A stretch of DNA of 64,000 nucleotides from an uncultured Alphaproteobacteria bacterium (GCA_943789475.1 CALSUG010000005.1:205470-269469), one strand, 5' to 3'. Shown: positions 10,116 to 20,071, counted from the stretch's first letter. Numbers and translations are program-made. The notes: a model not told the origin generated them from the sequence alone.

Positions 10116-11455
10116 GCTGTATGTGCCTTATTGTTTTTGGTGTACACAATGTTCATTGTTTTTAATTTTCGATAGAGTGCTGTACGATCCATATCGATGC
10201 TTTCTGCCATTTGAGGTATATTGCCGTCATGTTGATTGAGAAGTTGTGTTAGGTATGATTTTTCAAATGTGTCTCTGGCTTCTTTTAAAGTCATAGATAA
10301 ATAAGGTGAAATAATATCATTTTGAAATGTCGTTTTGTGTTCAATAGAAATTACATCAGAGGGGGTGTTTTTTTGTTTTAGAATACTCATATCAGAAGTT
10401 AAAATATGAAGAGGTGTTGAGCTGTTTTTATGACTTTGTAAATTTTGTAAAACAATCCATTCAATTGCAATTTTGAGTTGGTGTATATTGTTTTTCCAAT
10501 CATATTCTTTTAATATTTCAATCGCATCATTTGATAAAGATGGTGTTGGAATGGATAGTTCCATTGCAATTTTTCTTAAAAATTCTTGAGCCAAAATGGG
10601 AATATCTTCAATGCGTTGCGAGAGTGATGGCGCGGTGTAGTGAATTACAGATAATCGATCGTAAAGAGCAACACTAAAATCATTTTCGCTATCGAATGTT
10701 GCTGTTGAGATAATACGCGATATTTCTGATTTTGATAATTTTTGTAAAAGAACATTTTGCATTTTAGGGGATAGTTTTTCTACTTGTTCCAATATAACAG
10801 TTGTATTCTTATCGGATAAATACTGGTCTATGTTATGCGTTGTTAATATTGAGGCATGAACTGTTTGAAGATTGTTTTGTGAATGGATCGATGTTTCATA
10901 AATCATTCTCGCAATTTTACTCTTCCCTGTTCCTGTTTCACCAGTGATAAGGACACGAGCATCAGAATCTAAGTTATTTTCAATGGATTTAAAAAGAGAA
11001 AGCATGAGAGGTGATTTGTAATCATGTTCAATTTCTTGTTGTGGAGTTCTGTTTTTTAATTCCTGATTTTCGGCCTTAAGTTGTTTTTGTTCAAGCGCGC
11101 GGTCTGCGGTTAAAAGAATATAATCAATTTTGAACGGTTTTTCTATAAAATCGAATGCGCCTATTTTCATCGCATCAACGGCCATTTCAACATTCCCGTG
11201 ACCACTAATCATTAAAATAGGAATATCTTTGTATTCTGTTTTTTTGAGATGACGCAAAATTTCTACACCATCCATGTCGCTGTTTTCTAACCAAATGTCT
11301 AAAATGATGAGGTCGATTGCTTCCGATCTTATAAGTGAAAAAGCCTGTTCTGAATGTGCGGCCTTATGCGTTGTATATCCTTCATCCGTGAAAATGTCAC
11401 TTAATAGATCGCGAATATCGGCTTCGTCATCAATAATAAGAATGGATTTAGGCAT
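10112..11455 (-). CDS. ntrX: two-component response regulator NtrX (receiver + shortened/degenerate AAA+ + Fis-type HTH)
   Basis: The receiver has ILIIDDEADIR, LIILDIWL and FIEKPF. Walker A is GETGTGKS. The C-terminal HTH is GNIPQMAESIDMDRTALYRKLKTMNI. The start is taken at ATG 11455 (MPKSILIIDDE), which overlaps the ntrY stop by 8 nt. The longer track ORF (to 11491) is rejected. Confidence 0.8.
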   Translation of the reverse strand: MPKSILIIDDEADIRDLLSDIFTDEGYTTHKAAHSEQAFSLIRSEAIDLIILDIWLENSDMDGVEILRHLKKTEYKDIPILMISGHGNVEMAVDAMKIGAFDFIEKPFKIDYILLTADRALEQKQLKAENQELKNRTPQQEIEHDYKSPLMLSLFKSIENNLDSDARVLITGETGTGKSKIARMIYETSIHSQNNLQTVHASILTTHNIDQYLSDKNTTVILEQVEKLSPKMQNVLLQKLSKSEISRIISTATFDSENDFSVALYDRLSVIHYTAPSLSQRIEDIPILAQEFLRKIAMELSIPTPSLSNDAIEILKEYDWKNNIHQLKIAIEWIVLQNLQSHKNSSTPLHILTSDMSILKQKNTPSDVISIEHKTTFQNDIISPYLSMTLKEARDTFEKSYLTQLLNQHDGNIPQMAESIDMDRTALYRKLKTMNIVYTKNNKAHTA

Positions 11456-13721
11456 TAGAAGTGTCCCCATTATATGGTAGACGAATGGCAATGCAGGTTG
11501 AATATGTCATATCTATTTTTATCATATTTGGATCAGGATTAAATAATAAATCGCCATGATGGTCTTCCATAATTTTTTTAACGATGGCAAGCCCCAGTCC
11601 TGTTCCTTTTTCCTTGTGCGTTACATAGGGTTCTGTGAGTTTTTGATGATTGTCTGGTAAGCCTACACCATTATCGGTCACCCCAATGATAATGTCGTGG
11701 GTTTGAGTGGTTACAAAAACATTGATTTCTGGGTGCTTAATGTTTTCTGTGGCTTCAACAGAATTTTTAATAAGGTTGGTTAATACTTGACGAATTTGTT
11801 GTTCATCATGGGAAGTGATCAATGTTTTATGAACATTGTTGATGGTGAATTTAATGTCATGGTTTGCTTGTTGATTGAGGGTATATATATCATTTATTAA
11901 TGGTATAATATTTGCGTTTTTAATAATTGGATCCGGCATTTTTGCGAAATCAGAAAAGCTGTTCACCATCGTTTTTATATCGTTAACATGGCGTGTTATT
12001 GTCTCTGTACATTGATCAAATATTGTCTGATCTTCCGCATTTAAATTTTTTCTATATTTTCGATTTAGTCGCTCCGCGGATAATTGAATTGGGGTTAGTG
12101 GGTTTTTAATTTCATGTGCTATTCGTCGTGCAACATCGGCCCATGCGGCCTTACGTTGTGCGGATAAGACAGCAGTTAAATCATCAAACGTGACGATAGC
12201 TCCTTTCTGGTGATCATTTAATTGTTCGATAACTATTCGAGCAAGAAATGTTCTTATGGATTCATCTTGACGTCGAACTTGTATTTCACAGGTCGTAGTA
12301 ACTCCAAAATCAGTATTCTTAAATGCATCATCAATATGTGATGTTATTTCAGGCATAACATGGGTTATTTTGTGGCTTATAATATCATCAATATTTATTT
12401 GCAATAAATCACCAGCGGCATTGTTTGCGAGTGTTATTGTTTTATCATCATTCACGCTCATGACGCCTGTTGAAACACCGCCAAGAATTGTCTCGGTGAA
12501 TTTACGTCTAAAATCAACTTGAGCATTGGTGGCGACAAGATCACCTTGTTGCGTTTCAATTTGCTCAGTCATACGGTTAAAAGCATGTCCTAGCATTTTG
12601 AATTCATCGACGGCGTAAGATGGGTCAACACGGACACTTAAATCTCCTCCCCTAGCTTGTTCAGATGCGTGGATAAGTTCAGTAATTGGTGTTATTAACC
12701 GTCGTGCAAATGATAACCCAAACCATACAGCAGCAATTGTCATTAATAGCGTTATAACAACGTAGATGGAGGTAAGAAGAATTTGTAATCGAGTACTATA
12801 ACGCTCTAATTCTTCGTATTGCGCCACCCCTTTTTTTGCACGTTCGAGATGTCCTAAAACTTTGGGATCAATTGTTCGTTCAGCATAAGCATAAGTATCA
12901 ATATAATTGTTCAACTTCAAAAGCGCGGTAATGCCTTTTACATTTTTTTCAAGAATAGCGATTTTTCCCTTTTTTGCGGTATCAAAAACCATAGGTGGTA
13001 ATTGTGCAGGAGAAAACGTTTCGTCAAAATGTGACTGAGCAATAATTTGATTATCCATTTTAAATAAAACAATATTTGAGAAGTTCCGTAAAAAGGATTG
13101 CGTTTTTAACATTTTAACCATTGCTGTATGATTGTTGGTTAAAATCGATGCCTGACGGTCAAGGTCACTTGCAAGGGCTAACATGTCCGCACGAATGAGT
13201 TGCTGATGTTCGGATAAGTAAGCTTCAGCGACCGCTTGAGATTCATTGACAGCCGTTTTTACACGATCATCCAACCATCCATGTAAGCCGAAATAAAAAA
13301 ATCCAACGGAAAATATAGCCATAATGATTGCGGGCAGTGCGGCAAGTAACGAGAAAATGAAGACAAGGCGTATATGAAGGTTTGAACCAACAATGCCCAT
13401 TTTTCTTTTTATATAGAGCGTGATTATACGTCGTGATACTAAGACAACTAATGTTAAAAGAATAATCAGATTGATGTTTAGCAAAATGATAAGTGCGCTG
13501 GAGTTATTGCCAAATGGTGGGACATCTGTAATAGCGGCATAGGTAAGCAATCCACATAGGGCACCAATACCTATAAGGACAGTCACAAGGCGGTTGGCAA
13601 TTGTCTTTCGATTAAGCCACACTTTCATGTGACGTTTAATCGTTGTGCCTAATCCATCATCTATTTTGAACGTTTTTTGCATTTCCTCTATTCTTTTAAG
13701 GGGTTTTTCGTTATTTTCCAA
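11448..13721 (-). CDS. ntrY: sensor histidine kinase NtrY
   Basis: It has N-terminal TM helices and a HAMP/PAS region, H-box AHEIKNPLTPIQLSAERL, N-box LTNLIKNSVEA and G-box GTGLGLAIVKKIMEDH. The start is uncertain: 13721 is TTG, and the first ATG is at 13682. Confidence 0.85.
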   Translation of the reverse strand: MENNEKPLKRIEEMQKTFKIDDGLGTTIKRHMKVWLNRKTIANRLVTVLIGIGALCGLLTYAAITDVPPFGNNSSALIILLNINLIILLTLVVLVSRRIITLYIKRKMGIVGSNLHIRLVFIFSLLAALPAIIMAIFSVGFFYFGLHGWLDDRVKTAVNESQAVAEAYLSEHQQLIRADMLALASDLDRQASILTNNHTAMVKMLKTQSFLRNFSNIVLFKMDNQIIAQSHFDETFSPAQLPPMVFDTAKKGKIAILEKNVKGITALLKLNNYIDTYAYAERTIDPKVLGHLERAKKGVAQYEELERYSTRLQILLTSIYVVITLLMTIAAVWFGLSFARRLITPITELIHASEQARGGDLSVRVDPSYAVDEFKMLGHAFNRMTEQIETQQGDLVATNAQVDFRRKFTETILGGVSTGVMSVNDDKTITLANNAAGDLLQINIDDIISHKITHVMPEITSHIDDAFKNTDFGVTTTCEIQVRRQDESIRTFLARIVIEQLNDHQKGAIVTFDDLTAVLSAQRKAAWADVARRIAHEIKNPLTPIQLSAERLNRKYRKNLNAEDQTIFDQCTETITRHVNDIKTMVNSFSDFAKMPDPIIKNANIIPLINDIYTLNQQANHDIKFTINNVHKTLITSHDEQQIRQVLTNLIKNSVEATENIKHPEINVFVTTQTHDIIIGVTDNGVGLPDNHQKLTEPYVTHKEKGTGLGLAIVKKIMEDHHGDLLFNPDPNMIKIDMTYSTCIAIRLPYNGDTSNA

Positions 13722-13726
13722 GAATT

Positions 13727-14884
13727 ATGAATGAAAATGGTGCAAAGATTGCGGTTTTAATTGTGGCTGGTGGCTCTGGTGTACGTATGGATACCGATGT
13801 ACCCAAACAATATTTACCGATTAATGGTCAGGCCGTTATTCGTCATACGATTGAAAAATTCAGAAAATTTCCATTGATACAGTGCGTTATTGGTGTTGAA
13901 CATGGTGACTTTTATCAACAAGCGGTTGAAGGCCTAAATATTTTACCCGTAATTAATGGCGGTAAAACACGCCAAGAAAGCGTTATTAAGGGTTTAAAAG
14001 CGTTGCAGGTGCATAACCCAGATTATGTTTTGATTCATGATGCTGCACGCCCCTGTGTTACTGCACAGGATATTCATCATATTACAAACAGTTTGAATAA
14101 GGATAGTGCTGTGACATTAGCGCAGCCATTATCGGAAACGATTCAACGTGATGGTGAAAATCTTGATCGTGATAATGTATGGGTTGTTCAAACACCGCAG
14201 GCTTTTCCATTTAACCTCATTATGGATGCTCATATACGAGCGTTGAAAGATGGCTTTGTTGGGACAGATGATACTTCCCTTACCCATCATTATGAAACAA
14301 AAACACATTACGTTCCATGTGGCAGACATAATTTAAAAATTACAACGCAGGATGATTTGAAAATGGCGGGACAATTACTATCATCAACCATGGAAATAAA
14401 AATGGGTAATGGATTTGACGTCCATGCCTTTGATGATGGTGATGCAACGCACATACGTTTATGTGGTGTTGATATCCCCCATACACGAAAATTAAAAGGA
14501 CATAGTGATGCTGACGTCGGATTGCACGCGATTACGGATGCCATATTTGGTGCGCTGGCGGATGGTGATATAGGATCACATTTTCCGCCTAGTGATATGA
14601 CATATAAAAATATGAATTCACATGTGTTCTTAGATAAAGCAATAGAGCGATTACATGCGCGTGGGGGTAGAATAAATCACATGGATATAACATTTATGTG
14701 TGAAGAGCCTAAAATAGGAAAATACCGTGATGATATTCGCAATCATCTGGCGAATTACATGAAATTACCATTATCACGAATAAGCGTGAAGGCTACGACA
14801 ACAGAACGCCTAGGGTTCACTGGTCGTGGTGAAGGAATCGCATGTCAGGCGGTTATCACAATAAAGGTACCTGCAGATGAGTAA
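13727..14884 (+). CDS. ispDF: bifunctional 2-C-methyl-D-erythritol 4-phosphate cytidylyltransferase / MEcPP synthase
   Basis: 385 aa. The N-terminal half is IspD-like (IVAGGSGVRM, LIHDAARP). The C-terminal half is IspF-like (GNGFDVHAF, GHSDADVGLHAITDA). Confidence 0.92.
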   Translation: MNENGAKIAVLIVAGGSGVRMDTDVPKQYLPINGQAVIRHTIEKFRKFPLIQCVIGVEHGDFYQQAVEGLNILPVINGGKTRQESVIKGLKALQVHNPDYVLIHDAARPCVTAQDIHHITNSLNKDSAVTLAQPLSETIQRDGENLDRDNVWVVQTPQAFPFNLIMDAHIRALKDGFVGTDDTSLTHHYETKTHYVPCGRHNLKITTQDDLKMAGQLLSSTMEIKMGNGFDVHAFDDGDATHIRLCGVDIPHTRKLKGHSDADVGLHAITDAIFGALADGDIGSHFPPSDMTYKNMNSHVFLDKAIERLHARGGRINHMDITFMCEEPKIGKYRDDIRNHLANYMKLPLSRISVKATTTERLGFTGRGEGIACQAVITIKVPADE

Positions 14885-15329
14885 GTTAATTGCAACATGG
14901 TTTTATAGTGGTTATTTACGCCCGGCGTCAGGAACATGGGGAACGTTAGCTGGATTGCCACTATGTTTGGCTATTACGCACTATTTTGGAATGGCAGGTA
15001 TTATCATTTCAACGATTGTTCTGTTCGCGCTGGGATTATGGTCTGCGTATCAATATGAAATCGAAACAGGTGAACATGACAGTTCACGCGTTGTCATTGA
15101 TGAGGTCGCGGGCATGATGATCGCGTGTATTCCCCTGCTCTACCAATTTGATTGGATAATGATTTTGGCTTGCTTTGTATTATTTCGTGCCTTTGATGCG
15201 TGGAAAGTTGGATTGGTTGGATGGTGTGATAAAAATATTAATGGTGCGCTGGGCGTTATGGTTGATGATATTGTCGCAGGATTATTAACCACAATTGTAA
15301 TGTTGGGGTATTTACTATGGATGAATTAG
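14877..15329 (+). CDS. pgpA: phosphatidylglycerophosphatase A
   Basis: 150 aa membrane protein with ASGTWGTLAG, IDEVAGMM and FRAFDAWK, typical of PgpA. It overlaps ispDF by 8 nt. Confidence 0.85.
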   Translation: MSKLIATWFYSGYLRPASGTWGTLAGLPLCLAITHYFGMAGIIISTIVLFALGLWSAYQYEIETGEHDSSRVVIDEVAGMMIACIPLLYQFDWIMILACFVLFRAFDAWKVGLVGWCDKNINGALGVMVDDIVAGLLTTIVMLGYLLWMN

Positions 15330-15793
15330 TACAAAAATTATTTTCATTATTGGAAAAACATAAATTTATGGTCGCCATGGCCGAAAGTTGTACAGGTGGT
15401 TTAGTCACGGCAACCATGACCGAGGTCGCGGGATCATCCGCATATGTTGAACGTGGGTTTGTGACCTATTCTAACGAGGCCAAAATGACCATGTTGGATG
15501 TTAATCCAGTCACCATAAAGGCCTTTGGTGCGGTGAGTGAACAAACGGCACGCCTTATGGCACGTGGTGCACATGCACATTCAAATGCCGATATTACGGT
15601 GTCTGTGACGGGCGTTGCCGGTCCTGGGGGTGGATCGGTGGATAAACCTGTGGGATTAGTGTTTATTGGTCTCGCAACAGCAGATCATGCGGAGGTTCAC
15701 AGGCATATATTCGATGGTGATCGTGCTAGTGTTCGCGAACAAACAGTCGAAAATGCGATTCAGCATTTAATAGATTATTTGGAAGGTCTGTAG
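15317..15793 (+). CDS. CinA C-terminal-domain protein / nicotinamide-nucleotide amidohydrolase (PncC-like)
   Basis: 158 aa with AESCTGGL, VSVTGVAGPGGG and KPVGLVFIG, which are CinA-family signatures. Confidence 0.85.
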   Translation: MDELVQKLFSLLEKHKFMVAMAESCTGGLVTATMTEVAGSSAYVERGFVTYSNEAKMTMLDVNPVTIKAFGAVSEQTARLMARGAHAHSNADITVSVTGVAGPGGGSVDKPVGLVFIGLATADHAEVHRHIFDGDRASVREQTVENAIQHLIDYLEGL

Positions 15794-16212
15794 AGTTCAT
15801 CTGCACGTTTCTCAAATGCGGATACCATTTTCGTCACGGCCTTTTCAAAAAACATGGTAATTAATCCCTGTAACATTGGATTTTTAAATTCAAAATCAAC
15901 GTAAAAATCGATGATACACCCCTCCCCTTCAGGTATGAATTTCCATTCATTGGATAGGTTTTTCATTGGGCCTTCTAAATATTCAACACGAATATGATTG
16001 GGATGCTCTAAGGTCACACGTGACTTAAATTTTTCACGGATCATTTTGTAACCGATAATCAGGTCTGCCTCAATAATACCTTCATCCTCGTGCGTTTTAC
16101 GGCATGCAACACACCATGGCAAAAATTCACCATATTTTTCAATATCGGCGACAAGGTCGAACATTTGTTCAACGTTGTAGGGTAAATATTTCTTTTCGGC
16201 GTGCGTGGGCAT
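15775..16212 (-). CDS. SRPBCC-fold protein, RatA/COQ10 (polyketide cyclase-like) family
   Basis: 145 aa. Its N-terminus (YNVEQMFDLVADIEKYGEFLPWC) and its position just downstream of lipA match the alphaproteobacterial RatA/COQ10 family. Confidence 0.75.
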   Translation of the reverse strand: MPTHAEKKYLPYNVEQMFDLVADIEKYGEFLPWCVACRKTHEDEGIIEADLIIGYKMIREKFKSRVTLEHPNHIRVEYLEGPMKNLSNEWKFIPEGEGCIIDFYVDFEFKNPMLQGLITMFFEKAVTKMVSAFEKRADELYRPSK

Positions 16213-17174
16213 TACGGCGCTTTTGCTATTTTTTCTTCACGGGCGGCCTTTAGCTTTGCAAAATCGTCCCCTGCATGATGACTTGAACGGGTTAGAGGTG
16301 ATGCAGATACCATCAAAAACCCTTTTGCATACGCCATTTTTTCTAACTTTTTAAAATCATCTGGGTGAACAAAACGATCAACGGGTGCGTGTTTAGGTGT
16401 TGGTTGTAAATATTGTCCAATGGTGATGAAATCGATATTCGCCGCGCGCATATCATCCATAACTTGAGCGACTTGTTCATTGGTTTCGCCCAATCCAACC
16501 ATTAGACCAGATTTTGTAAATATCGTTGGGTCAACTTCTTTCACACGCTCTAATAAACGCAGAGAGCGGAAATATCGCGCGCCTGGACGGATTGTTGGAT
16601 AAAGTGCAGGAACTGTCTCCAAATTGTGGTTAAATACATCTGGCTTGGCATTTGTGACCATATCAATGGCATCAAAATCACCACGGAAATCACCTGGTAG
16701 AATTTCAACAGTTGTATTTGGTGACAAACGACGAATTTCTTGGATCGTTTTTATAAAATGTTGTGCGCCGCCATCTTTTAAATCATCACGATCAACGGAT
16801 GTTACAACGACATGCTTTAGTTTCATCTCTTTACATGCCTTGGCAACGCGTGTTGGTTCCCATGTATCAAGCGCATCTGGTTTACCTGTGGCGACATTGC
16901 AAAATGCACATGCGCGTGTACAAATTTCACCCATGATCATAAATGTGGCATGCGATTTCGCCCAACATTCACCGATGTTTGGGCAACCGGCCTCTTCACA
17001 CACCGTGGTTAATTTCATCGATTTTACGATGTCTTTTGTTTCTTGATAAATGCCCGTTGGTGATGGTGCCTTTACCTTGATCCAATCAGGTTTTTTACCC
17101 ATTGGGCGATCAGGATTTTTTTGTTTTTCAGGATGGCGTTTTGTACGATCCAACAATTTTTCATTATATGTCAT
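16212..17174 (-). CDS. lipA: lipoyl synthase
   Basis: 320 aa with an N-terminal cluster [12 protein letters not shown] and radical-SAM motif [10 protein letters not shown]. Confidence 0.95.
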   Translation of the reverse strand: MTYNEKLLDRTKRHPEKQKNPDRPMGKKPDWIKVKAPSPTGIYQETKDIVKSMKLTTVCEEAGCPNIGECWAKSHATFMIMGEICTRACAFCNVATGKPDALDTWEPTRVAKACKEMKLKHVVVTSVDRDDLKDGGAQHFIKTIQEIRRLSPNTTVEILPGDFRGDFDAIDMVTNAKPDVFNHNLETVPALYPTIRPGARYFRSLRLLERVKEVDPTIFTKSGLMVGLGETNEQVAQVMDDMRAANIDFITIGQYLQPTPKHAPVDRFVHPDDFKKLEKMAYAKGFLMVSASPLTRSSHHAGDDFAKLKAAREEKIAKAP

Positions 17175-17212
17175 GATGTGTTTTTACCACGAAGAAACAT
17201 ATATGCGAAGTA

Positions 17213-17419
17213 TTAATCGATGGATATAACAAGCTCGTTTGAATTAACGGCAATAAGGGCATCTTTTAATTGTTTGAATTGAAAATCGTTCATATCCGCG
17301 CGTTTTTTGTAACGATCAAGGATCATGTTTGAAAGGTCAAATTCGGTCACAGAAACATTATTATCATTTGATTGAAAATTATCGTTCTTTGTCTCTTGAA
17401 CTGTTGTTTCTGTGTTCAT
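17213..17419 (-). CDS. hypothetical small acidic protein (68 aa)
   Basis: The ORF has the SD-like AGAGGA 6 nt upstream of the ATG. I recognise no motif. Confidence 0.4.
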   Translation of the reverse strand: MNTETTVQETKNDNFQSNDNNVSVTEFDLSNMILDRYKKRADMNDFQFKQLKDALIAVNSNELVISID

Positions 17420-17522
17420 TGTCGTCCTCTATTGATTTGTGAGGAGATTAAATATCATAGGTTGCATAGACATGTAAACGGTGTTTTTTATAAAAAATAA
17501 AATAGTTTTTTACAAAGTTTAT

Positions 17523-17558
17523 ATTTTACACACTACCACATTCGATAGTGTGTAAAAT
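17523..17558. repeat. perfect 13-bp inverted repeat (attttacacacta / tagtgtgtaaaat) with a 10-nt loop
   Basis: Read directly: arms at 17523-17535 and 17546-17558. It lies 38 nt downstream of ORF 17596..17868 on the minus strand. Confidence 0.8.
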
Positions 17559-17595
17559 GAAATTATATTATTAAAACATGTAAAAAATAGTTCAT

Positions 17596-17868
17596 TTATT
17601 TAGCTGTAAAATGAATAATTTTTTCCGCACCATGCGAACTATCAGGTTCTAATGTTTCTGATGCTTGACCAAATCCTGCTGCGATAGCTTGCCAGTGGAG
17701 TTTTAATTCCAAACTCGCAACTGAATTTTCTCCATTAACTTGAATACTATCAAAAAGAGATGCTAGTTTTTCATCACAAGTAATGATGTGATTAGTTGAT
17801 GGTTTAACCCCCTGACTGTGCACAGGCGCTCCGTACAAATAGGTGTCGACTTCCGCTGTATAACTCAT
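17596..17868 (-). CDS. hypothetical protein (90 aa)
   Basis: The ORF has the SD-like AAGGGA about 8 nt upstream of the ATG. I recognise no motif. Confidence 0.4.
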   Translation of the reverse strand: MSYTAEVDTYLYGAPVHSQGVKPSTNHIITCDEKLASLFDSIQVNGENSVASLELKLHWQAIAAGFGQASETLEPDSSHGAEKIIHFTAK

Positions 17869-18024
17869 TTTATATTTTCCCTTTATTATTGTTATTATTT
17901 TTCAGTTATATAATAACGATAACAAGTAAAGATATAGCTTCAAGTTATTTTTTTATATATCAACATGTGTTTTTTTACAAAGTTAGATAGCTTTTTAAGC
18001 ACACTAACTTTGTGAATTACAATG

Positions 18025-19419
18025 TTAAAAATGAACAACTTTGCCATACGCATCCAAAACGCTTTCGTGCATCATTTCGGATAATGTTGGATGTGGGAAG
18101 ATTGTATGCATGAATTCAGCCTCGGTCGCTTCCATCGTTTTACCAATGACATATCCTTGGATCATCTCTGTTACTTCGGCACCAACCATGTGCGCACCCA
18201 ATAATTCACCAGATGATGCATCAAAAATTGTTTTAACCATACCTTCGGGCTCCCCCAGTGCAATGGCCTTACCATTCCCCATAAATGGGAAACGTCCGAC
18301 CTTGATATTATGCCCTGCGGCGATTGCCTTTTCCTCGGTCAAACCAACGGATGCGATTTGTGGCATTGCGTATGTACAACCCGGAATGTTTTCCTTCACC
18401 ATTGGATGAACACCGTCCAACCCAGCGATTTTTTCAACACAAATAATACCTTCGTGTGACGCTTTGTGCGCCAACCACGGTGCACCTGTCACATCGCCAA
18501 TGGCGTATACACCTTTTTCCGCGGTTTTCATGTAACCATCTGTCACGATATGCCCACGATCCAATTTAACTTTTGTATTTTCAAGGCCAATGCCATCCGT
18601 ATTGGCAACGATACCCACCGCCATAATGATGCGGTCGGCGGTAATTTCTTGTGTTTCACCATCGGCCATTTCAACATGCGCGGTAACACTGTCTTTATTT
18701 TTGTCTAACTTCGCAACCTTGGCACCCGTGATAATTCTCATGCCTTGTTTTTCGAATGATTTATGTGCGTGATCCGAAATTTCTTTATCTTCGGCTTGTA
18801 AGATACGATCCATCACCTCGATCACCGTTACCTCAACACCTAATGTGCGGTAAAATGATGCAAATTCAATTCCAATTGCGCCTGAGCCAACAACGATCAT
18901 TGATTTTGGCATGTCGGTTGGGGTCATTGCCTCGCGATACGTCCATACCAATTTACCATCGGATTCCATACCCGGAATTTGACGTGCCTTTGCACCTGTT
19001 GCAACAATGATGTGTTTGGCATTTAGGATTTCTTTTTTACCATCAACGCCGACTTTGCCATCGCTCAACAATTTTCCGTACCCATCAAAAACAGTGACTT
19101 TGTTTTTATTGAGCAAGTGCCCTATTCCACCTGATAATTGTTTTGCAACACCGCGAGAGCGTTCAACAATTTTTTTCAGATCGAATGAAACATTGTCACA
19201 AGACAGGCCGAATGCTTCGGCATGTTTCATGTGGTGGAAAATTTCTGCAGAACGAAGAAGTGCCTTTGTCGGAATACATCCCCAGTTAAGGCAAATACCA
19301 CCAAGATGATTAGCTTCGACTACCGCAACATTCATACCCAATTGCGCGCCACGGATTGCGGCAACATATCCACCAGGTCCACCGCCAATTACTACCAAGT
19401 CAAAATCATGTTCAGCCAT
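18025..19419 (-). CDS. lpdA: dihydrolipoyl dehydrogenase (E3)
   Basis: 464 aa with the FAD motif IGGGPGGYVAAIRGAQLG, redox-active disulfide CLNWGCIPTK and C-terminal HPTLSE. Confidence 0.95.
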   Translation of the reverse strand: MAEHDFDLVVIGGGPGGYVAAIRGAQLGMNVAVVEANHLGGICLNWGCIPTKALLRSAEIFHHMKHAEAFGLSCDNVSFDLKKIVERSRGVAKQLSGGIGHLLNKNKVTVFDGYGKLLSDGKVGVDGKKEILNAKHIIVATGAKARQIPGMESDGKLVWTYREAMTPTDMPKSMIVVGSGAIGIEFASFYRTLGVEVTVIEVMDRILQAEDKEISDHAHKSFEKQGMRIITGAKVAKLDKNKDSVTAHVEMADGETQEITADRIIMAVGIVANTDGIGLENTKVKLDRGHIVTDGYMKTAEKGVYAIGDVTGAPWLAHKASHEGIICVEKIAGLDGVHPMVKENIPGCTYAMPQIASVGLTEEKAIAAGHNIKVGRFPFMGNGKAIALGEPEGMVKTIFDASSGELLGAHMVGAEVTEMIQGYVIGKTMEATEAEFMHTIFPHPTLSEMMHESVLDAYGKVVHF

Positions 19420-20071
19420 AGTTTTTTAAGCCTTCTTCTTCTATTTTTTCTACCCTAGGATTTATACAGAATTGTAGACGAGATGCAATCTCTTCCGCCA
19501 AATCACGGGCAAAAAGGTGATGCTCGGATAGAAAGATATTATCGGTATCGATTTCAATAACATTTTGTCCTTGGGATTTTTCAACCTCAATTAATTCTTC
19601 AATTTCTGCCTTTAGATTTGTGAGATAGCCAAGATCAACATCCAATTCATAATCACGATTACGCGCGTGAATACGTTTCATTTGAATTTGTGGTGATGCT
19701 TTGAGGTAAATAAGTAAATCAGGTTTTTCAAATTTATCTTCTATATAATCAAACAATCCATCCATTAATGCGATGGCTTTTTTATCAGGATTATTTTTAA
19801 AAAGGAGATTTGTATAAGCCTTAATATTCAAGATGGCTTGATCAATAACGTTAATTTCATTTGATTTTAATTCGGCTTGTAATTCGGCATATTTAGACAG
19901 AATGAACCACATTTGTGATGGAAAGCGAAAACCTTCTTCATCCTTGTACATTTTTGCTAAAAATGGATTTTCGCCTAAGTCCTCGAGAATACAGTGATAC
20001 CCAATTTCGCTCAGCACATTGCAAAGCGTTGTTTTACCAATTCCCATTCCACCAACAAGTTCAATTCTCAT
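19412..20071 (-). CDS. deoxynucleoside kinase (dNK)-family P-loop kinase, divergent
   Basis: 219 aa with P-loop GGMGIGKTTL, ENPFL, a Q-containing segment and a lid RIHARNRDYE. The family D/ERS motif reads IDQA here. It overlaps the lpdA start by 8 nt. Confidence 0.6.
   Translation of the reverse strand: MRIELVGGMGIGKTTLCNVLSEIGYHCILEDLGENPFLAKMYKDEEGFRFPSQMWFILSKYAELQAELKSNEINVIDQAILNIKAYTNLLFKNNPDKKAIALMDGLFDYIEDKFEKPDLLIYLKASPQIQMKRIHARNRDYELDVDLGYLTNLKAEIEELIEVEKSQGQNVIEIDTDNIFLSEHHLFARDLAEEIASRLQFCINPRVEKIEEEGLKNYG

Noticed and set aside
15775-15793. A 19-nt convergent overlap of the cinA-like and ratA-like genes, plus other 4-11 nt overlaps (holB/metG, tatD/MBL, plsC/methyltransferase, patatin/tlyC, mrcA/ORF60147).
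   Set aside because: These are ordinary compact-genome overlaps. Both partners keep full-length conserved ends, and nothing suggests regulation beyond this.
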